A stretch of 64,000 nt of DNA from Iphione sp. A-MEVVRFRX5 (taxonomy: Eukaryota), in NCBI GenBank assembly GCA_976226885.1, contig OZ320321.1, positions 73,966,001-74,030,000 on the forward strand. The letters run 5' to 3'. Each line of letters begins with the position of its first letter. The first letter of the stretch is position 1. The notes beneath the pieces were generated by a model. It worked only from the letters and a program-made list of their open reading frames with translations, was not told the DNA's origin and made no database searches. This document shows positions 38,616 through 49,819 of the stretch, piece by piece. Position numbers and translations under genes: made by a program.

Positions 38616-41522
38616 ATGGATTCAAATCTAAAGGACTTAAAGGGCCTTAAAATTGGTCAGCAAAACGTGTGTAGTCTGCTCCGTAAAGTGGCTAACATTG
38701 AATTTTACCTAAAATCCTGTAACTTTCAGATAATGGCAATACAGGAAACCTGGCTCTCTCCTTCCTTATCAGGGCACTTGCTAAAAATACAAGGTTATTC
38801 TCATTATAGACTGGATAGAGGCAGTGTTCTTGATAAATCAGGGGGAGGTCTGATGGTTTATGTTCAAAGGGACTTTGAGGTAATGGACAATGTCAATAAT
38901 CTCAATGTGATTACCAATGACATAGAGATGCAAGTCTTACAAATCAAACCTGGTAATATGAAAACACTGATAGTTTTTAATGTATATCGTCCACCCTCGG
39001 GGTCAGTGTCTACCTTCATTGATGTACTAGAAAACGCTATCAAATCAGTTAATCAAAGGAGGGAAATTTATCTTCTAGGTGACATCAATATCAATCTTCT
39101 AAGGCATAAGGATAGGGATACCATAAAATTTAACACATTCTTGAGTCTATTAGATCTCAAGAACTGCATCAATAAGTCTACCAGAAGAACTTATACTACG
39201 AACACAAGTATTGACCTGATTGCTACTAACTGTTCATTTATACAGAAAAGTGGCACTCTAGACACTCATATCTCTGATCATCACATGACATTTGTGGTGA
39301 AAAGAATTACAAAAAAACCTGTAGCTAAAGAGAAAATTGAGATCTCATACAGGAAAATAAATGATAAAGTAAAGAAAAATATACGATCGAAGTTTGAAAA
39401 AACGAACTGGTATAATTTCTATGAATCAAAGGACCCCAATGAATCATGGCATCTGTTACTTGAAATCTATAACAAGGTCTTGGATGATGAATGTCCAATT
39501 ATTAAAAAAACTGTGATTCCAAGGGGAGAGAAAAGCTGGATCACTTCAGACCTTCTAAAAATGATCAGACTAAAAAATTATTACATCAAGAAAGCGAAAA
39601 ACAGGGGGGATGTAGATACCATCAGAATAGCAAAGCATCTAAAAAATCAGGTACGAAGACTAGTACAAGCTCATAAAGCCAACTCTATAAAGAGAAAACT
39701 CTGTGATGCAGGTGGTAATAGTAAGACATACTGGAATACACTAAATGAAATGTTAGGTTCTCATAAGGGAAACAAAGAACTGATCACCCTTAGAGAAGAT
39801 GACAAAGATATTCCGTCGTCTGAAATTCCACATCATTTCAATACATTCTTTACAGGCATTGTTGATAGTTTAACAATGTCATTAGACAAATCGCAAGTAG
39901 CCACCTATGCTCCGGTTCCTGTGCCATTATTTGAAATTGAAAAGGTAGACAAAGATACCTTACTGAGGATTATTCTGGAGATTAACAAGAACAAATCCTC
40001 AAACATCCCAGGAATTAACACATCTCTGCTGCAATTTATACTGTTATGTACAATTAACCAGTTCAATCACTTACTCAATCTGATTATTGATAGTGGCGAA
40101 ATCCCTAGTGTTTGGAAAAAAGCACGAGTTGTTCCAATTTTTAAATCAGGAAACAAACATCTAGTGGATAACTATAGGCCTATTTCTATGCTTCAATTGC
40201 CTTGTAAGGTTCTTGAAAAGATCTTGTTCCTCAAACTATATGACCATCTCGAGAAACATGACCTGCTGTCAGCTTACCAGTTTGGATTCAGGAGAAATAG
40301 GGGAACAAGGGAGGCAATTTTTTATGCATTAGATCATGTTGTAAAGTCATACAATAAGAAATATTATACAAACTTGATCTTTTTTGATTTAAAAAAAGCG
40401 TTTGACATGGTAAATAGGCCACTACTAATACAGAAACTAAAATTGCTATTCAACTTCACAGAAAAGAGCCTACGATTATTTACAAACTATCTGACTGACA
40501 GATGGCAAAAGTGTGAGGCTAACAGGAAAGAATCAGAGCCACTAATCAACAATCATGGAGTGCCACAAGGGGCAACCCTTGGACCACTACTCTTTTCTCT
40601 TTTTATAAATGATGTGGTTGATAACCTGGATGAAACGACTGTCTTGTTTGCGGATGATACACTGGTAATTGTCTCTGCAGATAATGTTCAGGATCTAGAA
40701 AGGAGAACACAATCAGTCTGTGATAAATTCAATACTTGGTGTAAAGCAAACCTCATATTACTCAATGTCACAAAAACAAAGATAATGACTATTAAACCAA
40801 ATAGAGGTATTGCAGATATACAGCAATGTATAAAATTGAATAACAAACAGGTTGAGTTTGTGTTGTCCTACCGATACCTGGGTATCATATTGGATCATGA
40901 GATTAGATTTGATCTTGAACTGGATGCCACAATTCAGAAGCAAATAAGAAAAATAGGGGTACTGTCCAAAATACGTAACCACCTGAATAGCATAGATATG
41001 CTGAACATGTACAGAGCATTCATAAGACCACATCTGGACTATTGCACAATGTTTTTGGATAATAACCCAAAACATAAGCTACATCGTTTACAAAGAATCC
41101 AAAACAGAGTACTCTCCCTAATATTCAATCACAATTCAAGAATGCAGACATTACCATCAATGGCTGACTTACATCTACATTATCGCATTGAAAGTGTGGC
41201 TAGAAGAAGACTATTTTTCCAACTATGTGCAGTAAACTCGATGGTTATGAATAGTCTCTTTCCACTAAAACCACAGTCTCAAACAAGAAGTGCCTTAGGC
41301 CCATTGGTTGTCCTTCAAAAACCAAGGAACAACAAAATTAGGAATTCATTGTGCTATAAGAGTGTTAAGATGTTTGGAATAAAATTCTTTTCTATTCTTT
41401 TCTATTCTATTTGTCTCTCTGACACACAATCAAGGGAAAGTACAGTTTTTGTAATCTTACTTTCTCTCTCTCTCTCTCTCTGGCTCACACACAGATCGAC
41501 ACTACAGAGCATGTGCACCTAG
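38616..41522 (+). CDS. Intact L2/CR1-type ORF2 (APE + RT), 968 aa, no ORF1, intronic
   Basis: Uninterrupted ORF with QQNVCSL, IQETWL, YRPP, GDIN, ISDH, YRPISML, DLKKAFD, GVPQGA, FADD and YRYLG. AATAAA + (TTCTA)n at 41378-41411. Confidence 0.95.
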   Translation: MDSNLKDLKGLKIGQQNVCSLLRKVANIEFYLKSCNFQIMAIQETWLSPSLSGHLLKIQGYSHYRLDRGSVLDKSGGGLMVYVQRDFEVMDNVNNLNVITNDIEMQVLQIKPGNMKTLIVFNVYRPPSGSVSTFIDVLENAIKSVNQRREIYLLGDININLLRHKDRDTIKFNTFLSLLDLKNCINKSTRRTYTTNTSIDLIATNCSFIQKSGTLDTHISDHHMTFVVKRITKKPVAKEKIEISYRKINDKVKKNIRSKFEKTNWYNFYESKDPNESWHLLLEIYNKVLDDECPIIKKTVIPRGEKSWITSDLLKMIRLKNYYIKKAKNRGDVDTIRIAKHLKNQVRRLVQAHKANSIKRKLCDAGGNSKTYWNTLNEMLGSHKGNKELITLREDDKDIPSSEIPHHFNTFFTGIVDSLTMSLDKSQVATYAPVPVPLFEIEKVDKDTLLRIILEINKNKSSNIPGINTSLLQFILLCTINQFNHLLNLIIDSGEIPSVWKKARVVPIFKSGNKHLVDNYRPISMLQLPCKVLEKILFLKLYDHLEKHDLLSAYQFGFRRNRGTREAIFYALDHVVKSYNKKYYTNLIFFDLKKAFDMVNRPLLIQKLKLLFNFTEKSLRLFTNYLTDRWQKCEANRKESEPLINNHGVPQGATLGPLLFSLFINDVVDNLDETTVLFADDTLVIVSADNVQDLERRTQSVCDKFNTWCKANLILLNVTKTKIMTIKPNRGIADIQQCIKLNNKQVEFVLSYRYLGIILDHEIRFDLELDATIQKQIRKIGVLSKIRNHLNSIDMLNMYRAFIRPHLDYCTMFLDNNPKHKLHRLQRIQNRVLSLIFNHNSRMQTLPSMADLHLHYRIESVARRRLFFQLCAVNSMVMNSLFPLKPQSQTRSALGPLVVLQKPRNNKIRNSLCYKSVKMFGIKFFSILFYSICLSDTQSRESTVFVILLSLSLSLWLTHRSTLQSMCT

Positions 41523-42097
41523 TAGAGGAATATATCATATTTACCTTTGACAGCAGAGACTACAGAACAGTTAACATCATATTGCTCCATCGCACTCAGC
41601 ACTTCATCTGTATCTGCATTTATACAAAGCACTTATTGATTTGGAATCAATTAAGAATGAGTTGTCAGACAAACCTAACATATCAACAGACTTTAGAATT
41701 GTCCAACTTGCATAATGGCAATACAACACCTTCATAAAGTTGAGTGAATTGACAAACCACAGCATCCCTTGGACTTGTAGACTGGTACAGAATTGCTGCA
41801 TTAGGAATCTTGTAAGTGAGACAAATATGAATTAACATCACAGCAAGCAGCAATCTGACAAATAGTTCTGTGATAATATTTTAAAGAAACCTTTTACCTT
41901 GATAATGGAAAATGTATGACCCAAACAAACAGTTTTATATAGATGTCAATATTATAAGGTAGACTTAAAGATACATCTGGCAAAAAATGATACATCTGGT
42001 GTAAAAATTGCAACACTTAATGGTTAACCACTTGTATTGGTTACTTGGGACAACATGTGAGTAACTTGCATAACATTAGATCCAGTCCATTATTTAC

Positions 42098-42769
42098 CTT
42101 AGACATCAGGCTGTTGAACCACCACGTTGTCATCCATCGTCGTTTCAACAAACACGTCATCTGAGGAAGCTGTAGATTACACCCTAACACTCACCCAAAA
42201 GACACCTCTACCACCCACTCATCATCATCATCTTTATATAGTTTTTCCCATTTGTTTTATCCTGCTATCCAATTTACTATACTACTATCACCCTTTCCTT
42301 TTGTTCCTAATATACCACAGACTCATCTACCTCCTCATCATAGTTGAACTCAAGAAGTTAATTATTTACCTCGGACATCTGGCTGTGGAACCTCAGGGTC
42401 GTCATCAATCATTGCTTCAACAGACACACCATCTGAGGCAGCTGTAGGTATAAGATATACAGAAATATGCTACTATAGGCACCACACACAATATAGACAG
42501 CATACTTACACCCTAACACTCACCCAAAAGACACCTCTACCACCCACTCATCATCATCATCTTTATATAGTCTTTCCCATTTATTTGATCCTACTAACCA
42601 ATTTACTATACTACTATCACCCTTTCCTTTCATTCCTAACATACCACAGACTCACCTACCTCCTCATCAAAGTGAACTCAAGAAGATAATTATTTACCTC
42701 GGACATCTGGCTGTGGAACCTCAGGATCATCATCAATTGATGTCACAACAGGCACAACTAGTGGGGCAG
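42098..42769 (-). repeat. Three tandem copies of a 72-nt exon with flanking intron (spacing 328 and 272 bp)
   Basis: Each copy is ctacag|CT(G/T)CC...CAGCC(A/T)GATGTC(CGA/TAA)G|gtaaat. Intron sequences 42175-42370 and 42505-42700 are also similar. Confidence 0.85.
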
Positions 42770-44789
42770 CTGTAGATAGATATGACAGAAAAATGAATGA
42801 CTGATGGCAGGGAGCAGTCCCTCCAACTGTAAACCCTATACTTACAGTTTCACACAAAAATGACACATCCTATACCAGATTAACCTAGGTATGATGCAGA
42901 AAATAATAGAAATGCATACCTATAACTAACAAATAATTTTGTTGGTTACTGCCTCCCCTACATTGGAAACCATATGATTCTATACCCTATCATAAAATTA
43001 CTTCATCACTACCATCTCTCCTTAGCCATGCCACAGATCCCAATGGCTTGCTAAAAATTGAGGTAAATGTAGAAAGCTTTCCTAATGAAAACGTTTGTTC
43101 AAATGAGTTCTATCATGGATATACCCCCCTGTGTTATAGAGCTCTTGGAGATAATTCCCAGGTGATAGTGCATTGGAATATTACATATGTTGTTTTGATC
43201 TACATTAAATTGATGAACCTTACCATTTGTCTGTACCAATCTGGGCCGTTTCTTTTTGGAAACACTTTGTCTTTTTCTCTTGCGCCTGGTGGGTAGTGGC
43301 CGCAAGACAGTTTCTCCCCTGTGAAGTGGTAGTCCCGCTTCCTTCTCGATGCCACTCTTTAATAGAGCCACTGCCTCAATGATATGTGACTTTGCTGCAG
43401 TAATTTTGTCTGTGTCAGAACACAGAAAAACAGCTGATCTAGCTGCACCCAATTCCTCCAGGAAGTCTCTTACAATGAGGTTATGGCTTCTTTCTTGAGC
43501 CTGAGAACTGTCAGCATTGTCCCCAGCATCCTGTGAGTCAAGACCAGTTTCTGCAACATGTAAGCTATTGAGTTAGACAAAGGAAAGTGGTGTGACATTA
43601 GGTTTAATTATATCAATAAAATATTACTTTCACCCCTGTTCTAAATATGTTCCCAAGTTTGATGCTGACTATCCAAAGAATATATGATACATCATACTTA
43701 ATGGATACTGGTTAGAGTGAGTCCTTCTTCACTATTCATGGATACAAAGTAAAGCATTCACACCAGGTACAAGCTCCAGGTGAGTTTCTTCCGGATCTGG
43801 AGTATGGACAGCCTGTGTCTCATCAAAAGCAGGCTCACTGCTTGAAGTAAGTAATGGCACTGACAATATTCCAATAGGAAACCATTAGTAGGAGTGACAA
43901 AAAAACCAAACCCCCCCTACCCAAAATCCCCCAAATTCAACTGCTTTTAGTCATTCAGTTACAGTATTCCTGGGAAACTGTTTACAAGTGAGAATCTTAC
44001 CAGTTAGAGATTGGGCATCCAGGCTGAGGTAAACGCTCTGAAGATACAGCTGTGACAGATCACTCCAACTGTATCCAGGCACCATGAATGTTGCGAAGAG
44101 GTGCTTACAAGGGAGGAAGTACCGCTGAAAATGGGGGCACTCACATGATGGCAGTGATGAATCGGTCCCATAGGTAACCACATAAGTGCCATCTTTGTGT
44201 GCACTACTCACCAGGAACTGAGGTCCAGTTGCCTCATCAGTTTGCAGGAAGGCAACATCCTCTGGTGTGAAGTCACTTTCACAGGCTTTCAAGCTTTTGA
44301 GGCAGTGATCCACAACCTCATGGGGCCTGTTGTGGAGAAAGGATGGTACATTGTGGTCATAGGCCTTGTATAGTGTTGACGCCTTGGTGTCATCCACCAG
44401 GACTGCTACCATGCTGCTGAGTGTGCCAGTGCTACTGACCTTCAAGTAGAATTCCTTGAAGGTCTTGTGCATGGCCTCCACACCATTGTTGGTTGTAATG
44501 CGAACATGGAAGCCGGGCTCCAAAAAGGCAGAGCTTCATCTCTGTGAACGGAAATTTCCAGCATTGCTTTATTAGTGAGTGAGCATATCATGGTGTCCTC
44601 GAATACAATGAATTCATTAAATTCATTGTGAAGTAAGATAAGAAGGAATATCATTTTACTACTAGATCAAATATTATTGACTATTGTATATTATTGGTGA
44701 TTGTTTCTGCCATTTTCAGCTTCAATAAGCACTAGTACACCAGCACCATACAATGAGAAGGAAAACCAGTCCCATCTAGCACCAAAGCC

Positions 44790-44930
44790 ACACATGTATG
44801 TGTATAAAGAAAGCAAACCCACTACACAAAGAATTACCAGTTCACCAAATAAACCATAAAGCCAATTCAATGTATTTTAAAGCCAGTCTCTTAAAGGAGG
44901 CAGGCAAAGATGGTAGAGCAATCACATTGG
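44790..44930 (-). pseudogene. Short second relic of the DIRS gag seen at 45907-46338
   Basis: CCATCT(T/C)TGCCTGCCTCCTTTAAGAGACTGG (PSLPASFKRL) is shared with ~46240-46270 with one mismatch. Confidence 0.4.
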
Positions 44931-45099
44931 ATCCATTTCCATCAATATTCCACCCTCAGCAAATGCTACACCAGAGTATCTCGTGCAATAACACCAGTGT
45001 AACGCCATATTACAGTTGTATGTGCATATGCTATATAAGAAAGAACCCTTATCAGTTTGCCTGTCCAATATCTTACAAATACAAGTGCACATTACTGGT

Positions 45100-45625
45100 T
45101 ACCAGTGCAGGTTTGTTTTCTCTCCACTGCGGCCAAGCTCACACCAAAAAATACGGGATAACACCAGTTCTTGATATCGAACAGTGAAGTCCACAATTTC
45201 TCCAATCTGAAACACGGAGAAAAGTCCAATTACTTTGATTCTTCTCGAGTTTTTGCAAGAATTCCACCCATGACGTCCCCCGGCCATGACCGGGTCTCTA
45301 TTGCCTTGTCAGCAGGCAGTGTCTTCGGTCGATTTCAATTGGTTCCCTGGCCTCCTCGCTATCAGACTGTCTGGTGCCTGGATTATGTAATCTCTCAACG
45401 CATTGTCTCCACAAATACGAGCTTTGTTACTTTGAAATGCGTGTTCTATTGACTTGTATGACGATAAGTTACTTCATCCGGGTACAAACTGGACAAACAA
45501 TACTTCGGCCCCCTGAATACATAGCCGTCTTCCGTCGTCTTTTTAGGAAACACTTCCTCAGGTTTCAGGTCATCCGGTAGATCATTGATTGTATTCTCAG
45601 TAAACCACTTCCCATCCACTTTTAG
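45100..45625 (-). pseudogene. ORF1 C-terminal relic with NADAR domain (element F)
   Basis: Manual translation: LKVDGKWFTENTINDLPDDLKPEEVFPKKTTEDGYVFRGPKYCLSSLYPDEVTY, then after a frameshift KSIEHAFQSNKARICGD. Confidence 0.7.
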
Positions 45626-45906
45626 TGAACCCCCCCCCCCTTACTGTGGCTAAGTGTCCATTTTTCTTGCATATGCTGCAATTGAATGAAACAGTTTATG
45701 GGTGAATTGTGCTACCTCGGGCATGTCTTCTGGCAGCCTTATGTCAGAGTACTCCTCACGTTCTCCTGGACTCAGCCTCCTGGAAGGGCGCTGCCAACAA
45801 GTCTAACTTGTAGCCTGCCACTGCCTGCAAAACCTCCTTGTCAGAGGTCAACGCTGCTCACACCGGAACATAAGCAGCAAGATTGCCAGCAACGAAGACT
45901 ATTTCC

Positions 45907-46806
45907 TCACCAGCTGCGACTGGGCTTTTGGCTGTGGCTGTTGGGGTTGCTGTTGCTGTTGGAATGGCTGGGCCACACCCCCTGTTGCTGGTAGAGTTGG
46001 TTCTGCTTGGCCACATTGTAGTTGTAGTTGCGGCCGCGTCCCCGGGATCCGCCCTGACTCCTGCCCCTGCTCCGCCCCCTGCGAGAGTTTTTTGCTCTCC
46101 CTGACAAAGCAGCAGCAGAAGCCGGCTTCCTCTCGAACTGTCCCAACAATGCGGAATGTTCCTTTACCACCTTAATCTTCCCAAGAAGATCATCCCCGAA
46201 CAGGAACCATGGTGATGGCGGACAGTCTTCCGACACCAGTCTCTTAAAGGAGGCAGGCAGAGATGGTTTCACCTGCTCCCGTCTGTGTTTAATAAGGGAC
46301 TGGTGGGCAGATCCCAGCTGCACCAGGGCATCTACCAATGCATCATGGGTGGTGGATTCCCTAGCCTTTTCGTTTCCTTCACTGTCACTTTCTCTTTCTC
46401 TTCATCTAATGTGTCATGTTTTTGTTCAATCAAGTGCAACGTAATTGTCAACTCGTCTTGATTTTTCTGAATCTCATTCACTTCAGTCAGTATGTTTTTG
46501 TGCTATCTTGGATGACAAACATCACTGATTTTCTAGCAGTAATGATAATAATTGACTATTTTCAAGTTTACTTGCCTCTGTTTCGTTGGGTAGCCCAGGA
46601 GGAATGGTCTGTTTCAGCTTGTGAGGCTTTGGTGCTGGTACTGGTGTGGCCGGTAATGGGGGACCCTTCCATGTGTTTCCACCTGAAGAGTCTCCCTTCC
46701 TCAAATCTATCACCTTTTTCCCTTTATCTTCCTGAATTTTCTCCGTTACAGTGATTGGGGTTGATGTAGATCCCTTGTTTGATCGTGTATTCACTTTGGG
46801 AGGCAT
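45907..46806 (-). pseudogene. DIRS1-like gag fragment
   Basis: DALVQLGSAH...RREQVKPSLPASFKRL...WFLFGDDL followed by an RG-rich tail (45907-46338). Low-complexity N-terminus at 46522-46806. Confidence 0.65.
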
Positions 46807-47094
46807 TGTTCAGACTCTGAAGTCATTATTTGATTGAGAGAGGGGAGTGTAGAGCGCGAGCACACTCTAACCACGTCTGGTCACCACCATGTCTCTACAC
46901 TATGGTCGGAATGGCAAGAATGGTCGTGAATCGATTGAGTAGGGGGTATGGGTATATGTTGTGGACATGGTTCATTCATGGAATATAGATGTAAATGAAA
47001 TAAATCAATGAAATGCATATTTAAATGGAAAATAATAAATAATGAAAAATGTCTATAATAGCTTGAAAAGATGAGTAAGATGAGATGACAGGCA

Positions 47095-47730
47095 GGGTAT
47101 GCCTGGAACACCTGGGTCTTCGGGACTTAGCATTCCCCTTCCCTGTTGCAGCATAGGGAGACTGTGATCCTCTCCTTGGATACTTTCAGGCCACGGGCAG
47201 AGGTTCCCTTAGTTGCAACTGTCTGGGATAATCCTGTAGAACAGGCGAGTTTCGGTTCATGTTCCCTTTGTTGCAACTGTCTGGGATAATCCTGTAGAAC
47301 AGGCCAGTTTCGTCCATGTTGAATCTGTCCCTGGGAGCATATCCACTGAGCCACTCTAGGAGGTGCTCCAGCCAGTCATCAACTGCAGAGACTCCTCACT
47401 CTCTCTTGAGGGCCCAAAATGGCGTGCCTGGTCTTGAATCTGGATAGCCACTGCACTGATGCCTTGAGATCTCGGAGGTTTAGCTCTTTACTGAGAGTCA
47501 TGACCTTCTCCTGGAGCATTGGGCCAGACACTGGGATGTTGAGAGACCTCATCCTGGAAAACCATTTAAACCTGGCCTCATCGAAGGGTATGGGCACTTG
47601 TCAAACTTCTCCAGGATTTCTGTCTTCCTCTGTAGAATAGACTGGCCCCGGGTCTTTCAAACCTTGAACTATTCAACAAGACTTCTTTGACTTGTCCAAG
47701 GCTCCACGCTGGGAGGTATACATCGCCATT
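47095..47730 (-). pseudogene. Tigger/pogo (CENP-B-like) transposase relic
   Basis: HTH_Tc5-like KWFSRMRSLNIPVSGPMLQEK...WLSRFKTRH. DDE_1 start FNMDETGLFYR (with a 58-bp internal duplication), KERITV and AKSRRPRC. Confidence 0.8.
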
Positions 47731-47764
47731 GACGCCCCCCCCCGGGTTTAGATCTTAGTTAACA

Positions 47765-48620
47765 AAAAGTACAGATCACATTCAAAAAGAAGGTTACGAC
47801 AATTAGGATTGAGCAAATACTTGCACATTGGGAGGTCTTTCAATACTACTTATACATACCACTTCCATTTCGGGATTGATTATAGACGATTATTTAGTTT
47901 TTTGCCCCTATCCCTGACAGTGATTTGTTTATTTTTCCCGCTGCTGTTTGGTCTTTTCACATGTACACGTTTGCCTCGCATAGGTCAGAATTATATTCAT
48001 GTGTGGTTCCCTAGAGTATTTAATGAAAGCTTTCTGACAAATCAAGACCTGGGGCGTCGCTGTCAAAAGCTGCACAATTTTTACACTCAACACTAAAATA
48101 TGGTAGGAGGATGTTATTCATTTGGCGGATTATCGATATCCCCTTAGCCGACGCTGCAATCCTTTGTTTGTTGTGACAGTCCATCGGCCATTGAGGGAAA
48201 GCCTCCCTTGTGAAAATGTTTTCGTGTGCTGAATATTCTCCATCATCAGTAGTTTGTTCATCGTACAATCTACTTGTGCTTCAGTTGCACCCCTACTCGC
48301 ATGGTCTCTACACTATGTGACAGGATTATGACATCTTCGATATCCCCTATTTGTACTACATGAAGACATGCTAGTAGCTGTTCGACATAGCTTCCCGCTC
48401 TGTCTCCCTTCATCCTCGGGACACCCAAGAGCATTTGCTTTCTACTTCTGCCTTCAAGATATATCCTCTTAATATCACTATTGGTGATATCTAGTCTGCA
48501 GACATTCCACCTTAATGTTTATATCCCTCACGTAGGCTTCGGCCTTATTTACAATACCCTCAGCATTCCGGGAGCACTCAGCAAGTTTGTTAGTCGTTTG
48601 GTAAGCCAGAGGGGGCGCCA
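47765..48620 (-). pseudogene. Heavily decayed ORF1 relic (RRM + probable NADAR), element G
   Basis: Manual: LEGRSRKQMLLGVP (~48465-48420), GRLSLNGRW, then AAFDSDAP...KDQTAAGKINKSLSGIGAK and KW...VLKDLPMCKYLLNPNCRNLL across stops and frameshifts. Confidence 0.55.
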
Positions 48621-48899
48621 TGACTTTCGTGAATCACCGAGGCGCTGAACACAAGCCCAAAGGCAAAGCATTGTAGACATATATCTTCCCTTCAAAACAA
48701 AAACACAAATATCGCCTGTGAGACGGGTGAATAGGTAAAATCATTGGTAAGCATTCTTCAGATTTTCAATTTCAAAAGGCGTTTATTCAACATCTCATGT
48801 GCAATACAAAGTTGTCAGTGTTGATACGCAACATAGTTACAATGTGTCGATATAATAAGGTCGATGCAAGAAAAGCACTAGTGCAAAAAATAATAGAAC

Positions 48900-49090
48900 A
48901 TGACGGGTAGTTACCCAGATCAATTGAGGCCAAAAAACAAGGGGAAAGCAAAGGAAGTACTGGTTCTAAAGTTTCCATCTTAAAATGTCTGTAGTTAATA
49001 AATAGATTAAACTTAGAAAGATCCAGGATCATACGATACCACCGTAAAAAGATATTAGAAAAGGGTGCCCTCGCATCCCTTTTCTTATAT
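48900..49090 (-). pseudogene. DIRS-type reverse transcriptase N-terminal fragment
   Basis: YRMILDLSKFNLFINYRHFKMETLEPVLPLLSPCFLASIDL is the typical DIRS RT start. Confidence 0.7.
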
Positions 49091-49139
49091 GCCCTTATAT
49101 CTTCAAGAGAATCATAAGCATCTGCATTCACAGCAGTGT

Positions 49140-49200
49140 AGACCTTGAGAGTTGAAGCGTTGACCTTGAGAGTTGACAGCGTCGACCTTGCCAGTTGACA
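49140..49200. repeat. ~22-bp tandem repeat, ~3 copies
   Basis: GACCTTGAGAGTTGA(C)AGCGT(T/C) repeated. Confidence 0.7.
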
Positions 49201-49527
49201 GCTCCTTCCTTATGCCTCAGAATTCATTTTTCACAAAAGCACGAAGGTCGCGTAGACCATACTCTTCATCCCTTCCAGAGTTACACTGCATTGCACCGCC
49301 ATTTGGCCGCACAACCTCCACGATGTACCATTGTTGACAGTGTAGACAGCATTGTTCACAGTGGCTTGACCTACCCTCCCACACAGCATTCAATGGTGAT
49401 GATCGCACCATAGGTCTTCATCCCTCTTTTAGGTACCCTTCCCATCATACATTAACTAATATAACATTTGGACTAAATCACATTAATTACCTATATAACA
49501 TTAACTTGATAAATCCTTTTAAAGTAG

Positions 49528-49819
49528 TAGTGGCAGAGCCCCATTTCAATGTTTTAAAGAAAAGGTGATATCCTTTGTCCAGCCAGTGGCAGAGCCTCAT
49601 GGCACACTGATGAGGCACTATCACAGGCACTACAATTAATAGTTTCACTTTCATACCAGCTTTTATTCTTGCCAGCGGCAGAGCCCCATGGCCCACACAC
49701 ACCATACCATTTGCCAGGAGCTGAGTCCCATGACACTAACATACCATAACATTGACCAGAGGCAGAGCTCCATGGTCCATCTATTCCTCAATCTTTTGGC
49801 CAGTGGCAGAGCCCTATGA
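49528..49819. repeat. Six copies of a 20-bp core (CCAGTGGCAGAGCCCCATGG) separated by poorly conserved spacers
   Basis: Cores at ~49528, 49583, 49672, 49714, 49756 and 49800. Confidence 0.85.

Larger units (their letters stand above)
35910..44541 (-). pseudogene. Spliced MULE-type transposase C-terminus + SWIM + acidic repeats + USP/C19-like peptidase (14 exons, 3 in-frame stops)
   Basis: GT-AG exons 44541-44001, 43859-43764, 43550-43224, 42769-42698, 42441-42370, 42169-42098, 41795-41730, 41613-41545, 38129-37908, 37659-37393, 37270-37177, 37022-36967, 36541-36388 and 35939-35910, all phase-compatible. Motifs TTNNGVE, CECPHFQRYFLPCKH, LQNRPGENVCFANVIVQCL, QEDANEF, EIFQGQIIST and YWCHICRK. 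Confidence 0.75.

Noticed and set aside
49528-49819. CRISPR-like repeat-spacer array
   Set aside because: The cores are degenerate and irregularly spaced, with no cas genes or leader. Kept only as a repeat-motif finding.
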